Counted from the stretch's first letter, positions 19,321 through 30,119 are shown. The stretch is 64,000 bases of DNA from an uncultured SAR86 cluster bacterium (GCA_902594005.1 CACJKN010000001.1:111083-175082); one strand, 5' to 3'. Translations and numbers: made by a program. Notes: generated from the sequence alone by a model not told the origin.

Positions 19321-20841
19321 TTATTGATCAGAAGGGCCGGCAGAAATTATTTCTTCACTGACATCAAATCTTTCAAAGTTATTTTGAAATAATTTTATTA
19401 AGTCAGCAGCGGCAGCATCATAAGCGCCTTTATCTTCCCAGGTTTCGCGTGGATTTAGCAAGTTGCTATCAACTCCTTGAATCGACAGAGGAACTTCAAG
19501 ATTTAAACCATTAAGCATTTGAGTTTCAACATCATCAAGCTCGCCGTTTTGAACTGCATTAACAATTCTTCTAGTAGTTGGAATATCAAATCTTTTTCCA
19601 ATCCCATAAGGTCCCCCAGTCCAACCTGTATTTACAAGGAAAACCTTTGAGCCGAAATTTTCGACTCTTTTCATTAGAAGGTCTGCATAAATACCCGCAG
19701 GTCGTGGGAAAAATGGTGCTCCAAAACAGGTTGAAAAAGTTGATTCAATATCTGAAGATGACCCAATTTCTGTAGATCCAACCTTTGCAGTATATCCACT
19801 TAAGAAATGATAGGCAGCAGCTTCTTTGGACAGTATTGATACTGGAGGCAGGACGCCAGTCAAATCACAAGTTAGGAAGATTACTGTCTTTGGTTCACCA
19901 GCATAATTTTCAGGAACTGCTTTTTCTATATGTGTTCTAGGATAGCAACATCTTGAATTCTGAGTTAACGAAACATCTGAGTAATCAGGAATCCCCTCAT
20001 TTAATACAACGTTTTCTAAAATACTTCCTTCTTTAATGGCTTTCCAAATTACAGGTTCATTTTCCTCAGAGAGATCTATACATTTTGCATAACACCCACC
20101 TTCGAAATTAAAAACAGAACCCGGAGACCACCCATGCTCATCATCACCGATCAATGTACATGCTGGATCTGCAGAGAGAGTCGTTTTTCCAGTACCTGAA
20201 AGACCAAAAAATAGTGCTACTGAATTTTTATCATTGATATTCGAAGAACAATGCATGGGAAGGATATCTTTGGCAGGAAGAAGAAAGTTTTGTACCGAGA
20301 ACATTGATTTTTTCATCTCGCCTGCATACTTCATGCCCGCAATAAGGACCTTTTGCTCTTTAAAATTTATGATTACACAACCATCTGAATTAGTCCCATC
20401 TGTTTCAGGCACACATTCAAAATTTGCTGCGCTAAGTATTTTCCATTTAGTTTTACCTTTTGGGTTAAATTCATCAGGATCAATAAATATTAATCTTGAG
20501 AAAAGGCTCTGCCAAGCTGTTTCAGTTATTACCTCAATTGGAAGATAGTGATCAGGATGAGACCCAACATGAACTTTAGTTAAAAATCTTTCTTTGTCAT
20601 CTAAATAAGACTCAACTTTTGACCAGAGAGAGTGGAACTTCTCTTCATCAAATGGCCTATTTATTTCTCCCCATTCAATATCATTTTTGGTTGTTTCCTC
20701 TTCTACAATATATCTGTCTAGAGGGCTTCTACCAGTTCTTTTCCCCGTTACAACTGTTAGCGCTCCGTTGGAAGCAAGCACTCCTTCTTCTCTCTCTAGA
20801 GCTTTAGAAATAAGATCTTTATTTGAAAGTTCAAAAACCAT
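19321..20841 (-). CDS. pckA: Phosphoenolpyruvate carboxykinase (ATP)
   Basis: Kinase-1a motif [13 protein letters not shown] and a length (506 aa) typical of ATP-dependent PckA. Confidence 0.93.
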   Translation of the reverse strand: MVFELSNKDLISKALEREEGVLASNGALTVVTGKRTGRSPLDRYIVEEETTKNDIEWGEINRPFDEEKFHSLWSKVESYLDDKERFLTKVHVGSHPDHYLPIEVITETAWQSLFSRLIFIDPDEFNPKGKTKWKILSAANFECVPETDGTNSDGCVIINFKEQKVLIAGMKYAGEMKKSMFSVQNFLLPAKDILPMHCSSNINDKNSVALFFGLSGTGKTTLSADPACTLIGDDEHGWSPGSVFNFEGGCYAKCIDLSEENEPVIWKAIKEGSILENVVLNEGIPDYSDVSLTQNSRCCYPRTHIEKAVPENYAGEPKTVIFLTCDLTGVLPPVSILSKEAAAYHFLSGYTAKVGSTEIGSSSDIESTFSTCFGAPFFPRPAGIYADLLMKRVENFGSKVFLVNTGWTGGPYGIGKRFDIPTTRRIVNAVQNGELDDVETQMLNGLNLEVPLSIQGVDSNLLNPRETWEDKGAYDAAAADLIKLFQNNFERFDVSEEIISAGPSDQ

Positions 20842-20864
20842 AATTTTTTAAATTTGTCTTTAAA

Positions 20865-21392
20865 TTATACCTTTTTTAGGACTTTAAATACCTTAAGAAG
20901 ATTAACAAATATAAATATTAAGAAGAAGATTAAGCCCCATTCAGCAAAATTAAAGATAAACCTCCAACCCTCTTCTGCACAGCTAGGACCCCCTTGAAGA
21001 GTTTTATAAATACCTCCAAAAAAACCATAAAATTCAATAGTTGTTTCAAGAGGCATTCCACACCCAGACAAATTAGTTAAACCCTCTGAAGAAAGATTTT
21101 GAATATATATTTGTCTACTAGTTACACCAACGCCAAAAAATAATGATCCAAAAATAAAAATGTTTTGGAGATTCTTAAAACTATCATTAAATGCTGCAAT
21201 AAGTGAAAAGAAACCAAATGTGCCAAAAACATATCTTGTTAATATACACAAAGGACATGCATATAAGGCCAAAACAAAATCCATAATCCAGGCAAGAATT
21301 ATTATGCCAAAAGACAAGATAGCATTATTTAGATGAAATCTTTTTACATAGATTTCCCATAATTTTTCAATAAAATGTAACACTTGTGACAT
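20865..21392 (-). CDS. dsbB: Disulfide bond formation protein B
   Basis: Four TM helices, a CPLC pair in the first periplasmic loop, and a second Cys pair (SGCG...PSCAEEG). Confidence 0.8.
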   Translation of the reverse strand: MSQVLHFIEKLWEIYVKRFHLNNAILSFGIIILAWIMDFVLALYACPLCILTRYVFGTFGFFSLIAAFNDSFKNLQNIFIFGSLFFGVGVTSRQIYIQNLSSEGLTNLSGCGMPLETTIEFYGFFGGIYKTLQGGPSCAEEGWRFIFNFAEWGLIFFLIFIFVNLLKVFKVLKKV

Positions 21393-21446
21393 ATGATAAA
21401 TCTTTTGTATTAATAAAAAAATCCTAATGTCATAATAAATAACTAA

Positions 21447-24122
21447 ATGAAAAAAAATTTATATATTGTTGATGGATCTTCGTATATTTATCGAGCTTTC
21501 CATGCAATGCCACCTCTAACAACATCATCAGGCAGGCCCACTGGTGCTATAAAAGGTGTATCGAACATGATGATGAATCTTAGAAATGAGAACGATGGTT
21601 CTTCTATCATCACAGTGTTTGACGCCAAAGGAAAAACATTTAGAAGCGATATTTATTCTGATTACAAAGCCAATCGGCCCCCCATGCCAGATGAGCTCAG
21701 GCTTCAATTAGATCCGATTAAATCAATATGCAAGGCAATAGGGTTTCCTATAGTAGAGATAGAGGGGGTAGAAGCTGATGATGTAATAGCGACCATTGTA
21801 AAAATAGCAAAAGAAGAGGGATATAGTTGTGTTATTTCTTCATTAGACAAAGATTTAATGCAGTTAGTTGAGGATCCTGCTGTTTCAATGATAAATACAA
21901 TGACCAATAAAAAATTTAATGAAAAAGATGTAATCGAAAAGTTTGGAGTTAAGCCTAATCAAATTAGAGATATGCTAGCGCTTGTCGGAGATTCATCTGA
22001 CAATATTCCAGGTGTTCCAAAAGTGGGACAGAAGACAGCTGCTAAATGGTTAAATGAGTTTGGAGATTTAAAGTCAATTAAAGAAAACGCCCCATCAATC
22101 AAAGGAGTTGTTGGAGAGAATCTAAGAAATTCTTTAGATGATTTAGATAGAAATATTAACCTTGTATCCTTAAAGCAAGATGTAGATATTCAAGTTAAGT
22201 TTAGCGATCTTTTAAAACTAAATCCTGATGATGATGAGCTTAATAAGATTTTTTCGGAGTTAGAATTCGCAACAGTAAAAAATAATAACGAAAAAAATAA
22301 GGAGCAAAAGAAAGATTCAAAATATGAAACAGTTTTGTCTGAAAAAAGCTTAGGGAAATGGGTAAAAAAGATAGACGAATGTAAAGCATTTGCAATCGAT
22401 ACCGAGACCGATTCAGTTAGCACTGTTTCAGCAAATCTTATAGGCATTTCAATTTCTGTAAAAGAAAATGAAGGGTGTTACATCCCTATAGGGCACTCAT
22501 ATGAAAATTGTCCTGAGCAGCTTTCCCTTGACTTTATTCAAAAAAAACTAGGACCCACTATTGAAAAAAATCAAAAAAAAGCTGTCGGCCAGAATTTAAA
22601 GTTTGATATTCCAATTTTGTCTCGACATGGCATAAAACTCTCTGAGTTTTTGGCAGACACAATGCTCATGTCATATGTGCTTAATAGCACCGCCACCCGC
22701 CATGGGATGGATAGACTCGCTGATTACTATCTTAACTACACAACTACAAAATATACTGATGTAACAGGGACTGCCTCTAAGCAAATTAGTTTTGCAGAGG
22801 TACAAATTGATGTTGCAACAGATTATGCAGCCGAGGATGCTGATGTAACGCTAAGACTTTTTAATACTTTATCTGCGTTATTAAGAGAGAAACCAATTCA
22901 AGAGAAACTATTAAAAGAAATTGAATATCCTCTTGTGCATGTGCTTTCAAGAGTAGAGCAAAATGGAGCAAAAATAGACAAGAAAAAACTTGGAAATCAC
23001 TCCAAAGAGCTTGGCGACAAAATTACTGACTTATCTGCCCAAGCTTTCAAAATAGCTGGAGAGGAATTTAATCTTGATTCCCCAAAACAACTCTTAGAAA
23101 TTTTATATGAAAAGCAGGGATTACCAGTATTGAGAAAAACACCTAAAGGACAACCATCTACCAATGAAGAGACACTTCAAAGGCTATCAGAGGAATATGA
23201 ACTACCAAAGATAATTCTTCAATATAGAACATTGGCAAAACTAAAATCTACTTACACAGATAGCTTAATAAATATTGAGAATCCTAAAACACAAAGGATT
23301 CACACCTCATATCAACAAGCCGTAACGTCAACAGGAAGACTTTCTTCTACAGAACCAAACTTACAAAATATTCCTATTAAAACCGCTGAAGGCAGGAGAA
23401 TAAGAGAAGCTTTCGTTCCAGAAAAAGGTAACACACTAATTTCTGCTGATTATTCTCAAATAGAACTAAGGATAATGGCTCATTTATCAGAAGATAAAAA
23501 CCTCACAAATGCTTTTAATAATAATATTGATGTTCATTCTTCAACCGCTGCAGAGGTTTTTGGCGTAGGAATTGAAGAGGTAAATAAAAACCAAAGAAGG
23601 AGCGCCAAAGCTATAAACTTTGGTTTAATGTACGGCATGTCCGCTTTTGGACTCACAAGACAGCTGGGAATTACCAGAGCTGAAGCGCAAGCATATTTAG
23701 ATACTTATTTTGCAAGATATACCGGGGTAAGAGATTACATGGATAATATTAAAGCCAAAGCGAAGAAAGATATGTTTGTTGAGACCATTATGGGAAGACG
23801 TCTTTATCTTAATGAAATAAATGCCGCAAATGGATTAAGAAGACAGGCTGCAGAAAGAGCAGCTATTAATGCTCCACTTCAGGGATCTGCAGCAGACATA
23901 ATTAAAAAGGCAATGCTTGATATTGATAAACTTATTTTAAATGAAATGCCTGATGTAAAAATGATAATGCAGGTTCATGACGAACTAGTGTTTGAATGCC
24001 CAAAAGAAAACGCTGACTTAGTGATGGAGAAAATGAAAGAAACTATGGAGCAAACCGTAGAACTAAAAATACCTTTGATTGCCGAAGCAGCTTTTGGCTC
24101 AAACTGGAATGAGGCGCATTAG
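21447..24122 (+). CDS. polA: DNA polymerase I
   Basis: 891 aa with a 5'-nuclease N-terminus, a 3'-5' exonuclease (AIDTETDS), and polymerase motifs (DYSQIELRIMAH, QVHDELVFE). Confidence 0.97.
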   Translation: MKKNLYIVDGSSYIYRAFHAMPPLTTSSGRPTGAIKGVSNMMMNLRNENDGSSIITVFDAKGKTFRSDIYSDYKANRPPMPDELRLQLDPIKSICKAIGFPIVEIEGVEADDVIATIVKIAKEEGYSCVISSLDKDLMQLVEDPAVSMINTMTNKKFNEKDVIEKFGVKPNQIRDMLALVGDSSDNIPGVPKVGQKTAAKWLNEFGDLKSIKENAPSIKGVVGENLRNSLDDLDRNINLVSLKQDVDIQVKFSDLLKLNPDDDELNKIFSELEFATVKNNNEKNKEQKKDSKYETVLSEKSLGKWVKKIDECKAFAIDTETDSVSTVSANLIGISISVKENEGCYIPIGHSYENCPEQLSLDFIQKKLGPTIEKNQKKAVGQNLKFDIPILSRHGIKLSEFLADTMLMSYVLNSTATRHGMDRLADYYLNYTTTKYTDVTGTASKQISFAEVQIDVATDYAAEDADVTLRLFNTLSALLREKPIQEKLLKEIEYPLVHVLSRVEQNGAKIDKKKLGNHSKELGDKITDLSAQAFKIAGEEFNLDSPKQLLEILYEKQGLPVLRKTPKGQPSTNEETLQRLSEEYELPKIILQYRTLAKLKSTYTDSLINIENPKTQRIHTSYQQAVTSTGRLSSTEPNLQNIPIKTAEGRRIREAFVPEKGNTLISADYSQIELRIMAHLSEDKNLTNAFNNNIDVHSSTAAEVFGVGIEEVNKNQRRSAKAINFGLMYGMSAFGLTRQLGITRAEAQAYLDTYFARYTGVRDYMDNIKAKAKKDMFVETIMGRRLYLNEINAANGLRRQAAERAAINAPLQGSAADIIKKAMLDIDKLILNEMPDVKMIMQVHDELVFECPKENADLVMEKMKETMEQTVELKIPLIAEAAFGSNWNEAH

Positions 24123-24626
24123 TTAAGCCGCTCTTTCAACTGGAATATATTGCATTTCCTCAGGAAGTAAGATTTTAATTCCATGCATTTCTCTAAGATC
24201 ACTAATTTTCATTGAAAGATAATCTTCAGGCATCTTGAAGGGCCATTTTTTCTTCATTCTTAAAGCTCTATATATAACCTTACGTTTAATACCTCCAATC
24301 TTCCAATATATTTTTATAAAACCAAAAACACCAAACTCTTTATACAAGTCTTTATAAAGTTGCTTTAGCTGCGGAAGATTTTGGTATGAGAGGAGGTAGC
24401 TAAGCTTCCACTTACTTCCCCAAAGAACCCAACTATCAAGAATGGCTTCTTGTTCAATAGATATGTCTAAACCAAAGATCACATGTGTACAGTCATGATC
24501 TCTAAGAAGAGTGCCGGTTTCCTTGCTATCTTCAAGTATTTCTGTAGATTCAGGAAATGATTTGTAATAGCGCTCTAGGCCCTCTTGGAGAGTTAAATCA
24601 CATTCTTGTTTCTGATATTCCAGCAT
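24123..24626 (-). CDS. Short Coq4-family-like protein (HDxxH-x11-E metal motif)
   Basis: RDHDCTHVIFGLDISIEQEAILDSW matches eukaryotic COQ4 REVHDxxHTLLGMPTNILGEIVVKW in the spacing of H-D, H, G(+4), E(+12) and W. Its ATG overlaps the engB stop (TAATG). Confidence 0.5.
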   Translation of the reverse strand: MLEYQKQECDLTLQEGLERYYKSFPESTEILEDSKETGTLLRDHDCTHVIFGLDISIEQEAILDSWVLWGSKWKLSYLLSYQNLPQLKQLYKDLYKEFGVFGFIKIYWKIGGIKRKVIYRALRMKKKWPFKMPEDYLSMKISDLREMHGIKILLPEEMQYIPVERAA

Positions 24627-25207
24627 TATTCTACAAATTCTAGTATTTTCTTTGAAAGCTTGTCAAAACCCTCATCATCTTTTGATGACGTTACAATGAC
24701 AGACTTAGAATTAAGCTTTTTCTCAACATCCTTAATAGATCTGGAAATTGCAGAGCTTTTTAGTTTATCGCTTTTAGTTAAAACAGGAATAAATGGGACT
24801 TCATATTTATGACAGAACTCCATCATTTGAATATCGCTATTTTTTAGAGGATGTCTTATATCCATAAAGATAATGGCAGCACACAACGATTGCCTTGATG
24901 AAAAATAACTATCCAGCAAAGTATCCAGGTTCTTTTTTTTATCAACGGACATTTTAGAAAATCCATATCCTGGTAAATCAACAAGTTTGATTTCGTCAGT
25001 GACTTTAAAGAAATTAATTTCTGTAGTTCTCCCTGGTGTTTTGCTCGTTCTTGCTAACTTTTTGTTTTTTGCCAAACAGTTCAGAGCACTTGATTTTCCT
25101 GCATTCGATCGCCCTGCCAAAACAAACTCAAAACCTTCATCTGGCGGAGCTTTCTTTATATTTAATACACCCTGCATGAAGGTAGTTTTAGTGAAAATGT
25201 TTTGCAT
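24626..25207 (-). CDS. engB: Ribosome biogenesis GTPase EngB/YsxC/YihA
   Basis: P-loop GRSNAGKSSALN and DLPGYG switch motif. It is a divergent neighbour of polA, as in E. coli. Confidence 0.9.
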   Translation of the reverse strand: MQNIFTKTTFMQGVLNIKKAPPDEGFEFVLAGRSNAGKSSALNCLAKNKKLARTSKTPGRTTEINFFKVTDEIKLVDLPGYGFSKMSVDKKKNLDTLLDSYFSSRQSLCAAIIFMDIRHPLKNSDIQMMEFCHKYEVPFIPVLTKSDKLKSSAISRSIKDVEKKLNSKSVIVTSSKDDEGFDKLSKKILEFVE

Positions 25208-25298
25208 TTTTCTGTTTGTTTGAGCCTCTCTTAGGTTTATAATACCGTTTCTAAAATATTTCGTATATTCATAAAATATTTATTAAAGATACAAAATC

Positions 25299-25901
25299 AT
25301 GAAAAAAATATTGCTTTCATTATTACTAGTAACTAGCGGACTTGCATACTCATTTGAGCCTGTGCTTGGAAGAGACTATAGCTTGCTTGAAAACCCTTTA
25401 CCCACCAAACAAGATGGCAAAGTGGAAGTTCTTGAAATCTTTTGGTACGGATGTGGTCATTGTTATGCGATGGAATCAAAAATTAAAGCCTGGAATAAAA
25501 CAACTCCAGAATATGTGAGCTTTAAAAAGATGCCAGTTACATGGGGTCCAGTGCACCGTCTCCATGCTGCTATGTTTTATACAATTGAGTCTATTGGCTC
25601 TGAACAAGATCTACACGCAGCAGTATTTTCAACAATGCATAATGAGAGAAATATATTATCCAGCGAACAGGCTGTGACAAGGTTTTTCGGAAAAGTTGGT
25701 GTTCCTTCTTCAGACTTATCAAAGTACTTAAATTCTTTTGGTGTTAAACAAAGAGTAAATAGAGCTGTTGAGCTAACCAAACAACTTAGAGTTGATTCAG
25801 TGCCAATGATAATTGTCGATGGTAAATACAAAGTAGCTGCTAGAGATACAGCACTACAAACAGTTGACTATTTAGTTGAAATGCAAAAATCGGAGTCCTA
25901 A
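25299..25901 (+). CDS. dsbA: Thiol:disulfide interchange protein DsbA
   Basis: Signal peptide, active site FWYGCGHCY, and SVPMIIVDGKY near the C-terminus. Confidence 0.88.
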   Translation: MKKILLSLLLVTSGLAYSFEPVLGRDYSLLENPLPTKQDGKVEVLEIFWYGCGHCYAMESKIKAWNKTTPEYVSFKKMPVTWGPVHRLHAAMFYTIESIGSEQDLHAAVFSTMHNERNILSSEQAVTRFFGKVGVPSSDLSKYLNSFGVKQRVNRAVELTKQLRVDSVPMIIVDGKYKVAARDTALQTVDYLVEMQKSES

Positions 25902-25904
25902 ATA

Positions 25905-26486
25905 ATGAAAAATACTTTATTCCTTTCTTTATTCTTTCTTACAACATTAGCTTTTGCCGGCAAGAAATACGAAGATCAAGTAATTGAAAGAATAACCTGC
26001 CCAACCCAGAAATGCGAAGAAGGTCAAACTTTAGATATTGAGATTCCTTCAATGATGGAAGAAACTGCTGCAGAAGATGTTGTAAAAGTAGAGCTGTCTG
26101 AGGGATCAGAGCATATTGTAAAAATGCTTAATTCAGGAGAAGGCGGACAAATGATTTTTGAACCTGCTGTAATAAAAGTCTCTGTTGGAGATACTATTCA
26201 CTTTAAAGCTACAGATGCAGCACACAACTCTGTATCTGTTGATGGTATGGTGCCAGCTGGTGCAGCTAGTTGGGCTAGTCAATTGAGTCAGGATATAAGT
26301 GTTACTTTGGATACCGAGGGCGTATACGTCTACCAATGTGACCCTCATCTTATTATGGCAATGGTTGGAGTTATTCAGGTTGGCGAGGCAGTCAATATGG
26401 AAGAGATTAGAAGTGCAGCTTCGAGCTATAGTGCGAATTTCTTAATGAATAATGACAGACTTCAAGGCTATTTAAATCAACTGTAA
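25905..26486 (+). CDS. Pseudoazurin-type blue copper protein with a long N-terminal linker
   Basis: Signal peptide. The C-terminal ~120 aa are collinear with pseudoazurin (IFEPAVIKVSVGDTIHF, AAHN, CDPHLIMAMVGVIQVG, i.e. His/Cys-x2-His-x4-Met copper ligands). Confidence 0.82.
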   Translation: MKNTLFLSLFFLTTLAFAGKKYEDQVIERITCPTQKCEEGQTLDIEIPSMMEETAAEDVVKVELSEGSEHIVKMLNSGEGGQMIFEPAVIKVSVGDTIHFKATDAAHNSVSVDGMVPAGAASWASQLSQDISVTLDTEGVYVYQCDPHLIMAMVGVIQVGEAVNMEEIRSAASSYSANFLMNNDRLQGYLNQL

Positions 26487-27184
26487 AGACTATCAATTTT
26501 TTCCGTTAGCCCTTGCCACGTGCTGAACTCTGGAGGTTTTTCTACATCCTCAAGATCCCAAATTTCTTTATTTGGATTAAACCAAAGAGCTTGAACGCCA
26601 TAACTAATTGCTCCGTGCATATCATTAATTTTGTGATCACCAATATGCAACAATTCTTCTTTACTAATCCCTAATAGCTCAATTGCTTTATGGAAGTGAT
26701 TTTCACTTGGCTTGTTTGCACTTACATCTTTTGAAGAAATATTAAATTTAAAAAACTTACTAATACCAATTATTTGAATATTAGCATTACCATTTGTTAG
26801 ACATCCCAACTTATAAATTTGAGAAAGTTTCTCAATTTCATCCAAAACAGAGGGAAAAAACTCTACCTTATTTCTCTCCTGAAAAAATAATTGAAAAGCA
26901 CTTTCTGATAGCTCATTTGCAGTTTCTTCATCAGATACACGCTCCTGTATTTTCATTAATAATAATTTTTTTCTGAGTTTCCCAACATCGAATTCGTATG
27001 AAGCATCTTCAATAATAAGCTTTTCTCTTATTAGTTTGAATTCTTCCCAAGATCCCCACTCTAATTTTCCAATCTTGTCCTCTATAAATTTTCTGGTTTT
27101 CATCTCAGCATTTATTAATACTGGTTTTACATCCCAGAATGTGTCATCAAGGTCAAAAGTTATGGCTTTAATTTTTTCACTCAT
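26477..27184 (-). CDS. HAD-superfamily phosphatase (YigB-like)
   Basis: Motif I ITFDLDDTFWD. It lies downstream of xerC, like E. coli yigB. Confidence 0.75.
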   Translation of the reverse strand: MSEKIKAITFDLDDTFWDVKPVLINAEMKTRKFIEDKIGKLEWGSWEEFKLIREKLIIEDASYEFDVGKLRKKLLLMKIQERVSDEETANELSESAFQLFFQERNKVEFFPSVLDEIEKLSQIYKLGCLTNGNANIQIIGISKFFKFNISSKDVSANKPSENHFHKAIELLGISKEELLHIGDHKINDMHGAISYGVQALWFNPNKEIWDLEDVEKPPEFSTWQGLTEKIDSLYS

Positions 27185-27186
27185 GT

Positions 27187-28083
27187 TTATTTTTTTGCTC
27201 TTGGGTGTGACTTATCATAAATCTTAACAAGATGTTGATAATCTAAGTTTGTATATATTTGAGTGGTTGATAAAGAACTATGGCCTAATAGTTCTTGTAT
27301 TGACCTTAGGTCTCCAGATGATTCAAGCATGTGAGTTGCAAAGCTATGCCTAAGCATATGTGGATTAATAGGAGGAAGTCCTTGTTTTATTGCAAGCTTT
27401 TTTAAGCGAAGTTGGATACTACGCGTTGTTAGTCTGCCCCCAGTTTTATTAACGAATAGCGCTCCATCTTTATTAGTTATTTTCTTTCTTTCTTCTAACC
27501 AGTTATCAATCGCACTAATGGCAAATCTTCCCAAAGGAACCAACCGAGTTTTCGATCCTTTACCAACGACTCTTAAAAAATCCTTACCTTCCTCAAAATC
27601 ATGGATATTTACATTAACTGTTTCAGAAACCCTTAATCCTGAGGAATACATTAATTCTATTATCGCTAAGTCCCTTATTTCTATAAATGAGGTAGGTTTA
27701 AAATCTAACAATCTATTAATTTGTTCAGGTGTCAAAGTCTCAGGAAGTTTCTTTTCCATCTTTGGCCCCGAGATAAGTTCAAATGGGGACTGATTAATTC
27801 TGTGATTCTTTTGAAGATATTTAAAAAAACCTTTAATAGAAGACAGGTGTCGCTGAATGCTTCTTGCACCGATATTCATAGAATAGAGAGAGCCTATCCA
27901 TGAACTGCATATTTCTTCAGATATACCATTTAATTTATTAATTTTGTTAGATATAAGAAAGTTCCTAAATTTCAAAATATCCCTTTTATACGCTTTTATG
28001 GAATTATCTGAAAGATTTTTAATATCTTTTAAAAAAACTAAATAGTCATCAATAAGATTATCAATGAAGAATTTTTTAGACAT
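27187..28083 (-). CDS. xerC: Tyrosine recombinase XerC
   Basis: Catalytic RHSFATH...LLGHSSLSTTQIYT tail. yigA-xerC-yigB synteny. Confidence 0.88.
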   Translation of the reverse strand: MSKKFFIDNLIDDYLVFLKDIKNLSDNSIKAYKRDILKFRNFLISNKINKLNGISEEICSSWIGSLYSMNIGARSIQRHLSSIKGFFKYLQKNHRINQSPFELISGPKMEKKLPETLTPEQINRLLDFKPTSFIEIRDLAIIELMYSSGLRVSETVNVNIHDFEEGKDFLRVVGKGSKTRLVPLGRFAISAIDNWLEERKKITNKDGALFVNKTGGRLTTRSIQLRLKKLAIKQGLPPINPHMLRHSFATHMLESSGDLRSIQELLGHSSLSTTQIYTNLDYQHLVKIYDKSHPRAKK

Positions 28084-28712
28084 TAAGTTGGAAAAGTCTT
28101 TAGTTTGGCTTCTGCTATATCTCTTATAAACTCAATAAAAGTTGTATCCTCATCTCCTAGATATCTAGTTTTGTCTTTCGAGCCAATAAGCAGCAACCCA
28201 ATTTTATTCTTGTTTTTAAAAACGCTTATTACAACTGACTTAATTGAATCATCTCCAAAAAGGATTTGAATTTTCTCATTAGCAAAACTACCATATTTTG
28301 TTTCACCTACAGAAAAATTCATTCCTGTGCTTTCCTCAAGACTATTCATTTCACTATTAGTAAAAAATTTTAAATAGGCTGCATCAACGTCAAATATTTT
28401 TTTTAAACTTTTTGGCATTAATTCAATTAATGCGCCTTCATCCTCTGCAGTAACTACTTTTAAAACTAAGGCTTTTGATTTTGAGAACAAGTCTTCATTT
28501 TCGGAAGCATTCGATAAGAAAACTGAGAGACTATCAAGAAGATCTTTTTGTTCATTTCTTAGCTTTCTTACCTGTCTTTCAAGCAAAGATTCGGCTTTTC
28601 CAGGCGAGTGTTTAAAACTAAGCTCGCTGACTATTGATTCCCTGGTAAGAAAAAAATCAGTGTTTTTTAAAAGATAGAGCTCAACTTCTTTTGCTGATAT
28701 TTCTTTAGTCAT
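28083..28712 (-). CDS. DUF484 (YigA) family protein
   Basis: 209 aa with a GAF-like C-terminus. It sits immediately upstream of xerC, as E. coli yigA does. TAATG coupling to xerC. Confidence 0.7.
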   Translation of the reverse strand: MTKEISAKEVELYLLKNTDFFLTRESIVSELSFKHSPGKAESLLERQVRKLRNEQKDLLDSLSVFLSNASENEDLFSKSKALVLKVVTAEDEGALIELMPKSLKKIFDVDAAYLKFFTNSEMNSLEESTGMNFSVGETKYGSFANEKIQILFGDDSIKSVVISVFKNKNKIGLLLIGSKDKTRYLGDEDTTFIEFIRDIAEAKLKTFPT

Positions 28713-28715
28713 TTT

Positions 28716-30110
28716 CTAATATTTATAGGAATCCTCTTTAAAAGGACCTTCCTTAGGAACATCAATGTAATTAGCTTGTTCATCAGTTAGCTTTGTAACA
28801 ACACCTCCAAACCCTTGAACCATAAGAGCAGCAACCTCTTCATCAAGCTTTTTAGGTAAAACTTCAACCTTTATTAAAGCTTTTTTCTTTTCCTCATCAT
28901 TAATTTTTGCAAAACTTTTCTCATATAAATGCATTTGAGCAAGCACTTGATTGGCGAATGAGCCGTCCATAATCCTGCTTGGATGGCCAGTAGCATTTCC
29001 TAGGTTTACAAGTCTTCCTTCTGCTAGTAAGAGTATATAGTTTTTACTTGTAAGATCAGGCTCCTGATCAGGTGAACAATCTCTAAAGACTCGGTGAACC
29101 TGAGGTTTTATCTCCTCCCAATACCAAACATCTTTCATATAAACAGTATCTATTTCAGTATCAAAGTGACCAATATTACAAACTACTGCTCCATTTTTAA
29201 GAGAATTTAGAATTGCTGAATCGCAAACATTAACATTTCCAGTTGTTGTAACCAAAATATCAGTATCTTGAAGAAGATCTTTATTAATATCATCTTCTTT
29301 TCCAGTAACATTTCCATCCTTGTAGCATGAAACAAGTGAGAATCCATCCATGCACGCCTGCATAGCGCATATGGGATCAGTTTCAGTTACTCTAACAACC
29401 ATTCCTTCTTGAGCTAAGCTAGCTGCCGAGCCTTTACCTACATCACCATACCCAATTACTAGTGCTTTCTTTCCGGATAAAAGCATATCTGTAGCTCTCT
29501 TTATTCCATCATTAAGGCTATGCCTGCAACCATATTTATTGTCGTTTTTCGATTTTGTTACTGAGTCGTTTACATTTATTGCAGGAACCTTTAACTCTCC
29601 TTTCTCTAACATTTTTTTTAGCCTGTAGACGCCTGTAGTTGTCTCTTCAGAGATGCCATGAATTGTTTCTAGCATCTCAGGATACTTTGTGTGAACCATG
29701 TGAGTTAAATCACCACCATCATCTAAAATCATATTTGCATCCCATGGCTCACCATCTTTAAGAATAGTTTGTTCTATACACCAATCAAATTCTTCGTCAG
29801 TTTGACCTTTCCAAGCAAAAACAGGTATACCTCTCTCTGCCATTGCTGCAGCAGCATGATCTTGAGTGGAGAAAATATTGCAACCCGACCATCTAATTTC
29901 TGCACCTAGGTCTATTAAGGTCTCCATTAATACTGCTGTTTGGATTGTCATATGAATACAACCCATTATCTTTGCACCTGATAATGGTTGCTCCTCTTTA
30001 TATTTTTCTCTGAGCGCCATTAATGCAGGCATTTCGTTTTCAGCAAGAGATACCTCTCTTCTTCCAAACTCTGCTAAGGTAATATCTGCTACTTTATAAT
30101 CTTTTTTCAT
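28716..30110 (-). CDS. ahcY: Adenosylhomocysteinase
   Basis: 464 aa with [26 protein letters not shown] at the N-terminus and the NAD-binding segment GYGDVGKG. Confidence 0.95.
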   Translation of the reverse strand: MKKDYKVADITLAEFGRREVSLAENEMPALMALREKYKEEQPLSGAKIMGCIHMTIQTAVLMETLIDLGAEIRWSGCNIFSTQDHAAAAMAERGIPVFAWKGQTDEEFDWCIEQTILKDGEPWDANMILDDGGDLTHMVHTKYPEMLETIHGISEETTTGVYRLKKMLEKGELKVPAINVNDSVTKSKNDNKYGCRHSLNDGIKRATDMLLSGKKALVIGYGDVGKGSAASLAQEGMVVRVTETDPICAMQACMDGFSLVSCYKDGNVTGKEDDINKDLLQDTDILVTTTGNVNVCDSAILNSLKNGAVVCNIGHFDTEIDTVYMKDVWYWEEIKPQVHRVFRDCSPDQEPDLTSKNYILLLAEGRLVNLGNATGHPSRIMDGSFANQVLAQMHLYEKSFAKINDEEKKKALIKVEVLPKKLDEEVAALMVQGFGGVVTKLTDEQANYIDVPKEGPFKEDSYKY

Positions 30111-30119
30111 AACTTAATC

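Noticed and set aside
27187-28083. A tyrosine recombinase as a possible marker of an integrated mobile element.
   Set aside because: It sits in the conserved yigA-xerC-yigB housekeeping context. There are no flanking repeats, tRNA gene or phage/transposon genes, so it is the chromosome dimer resolvase XerC.
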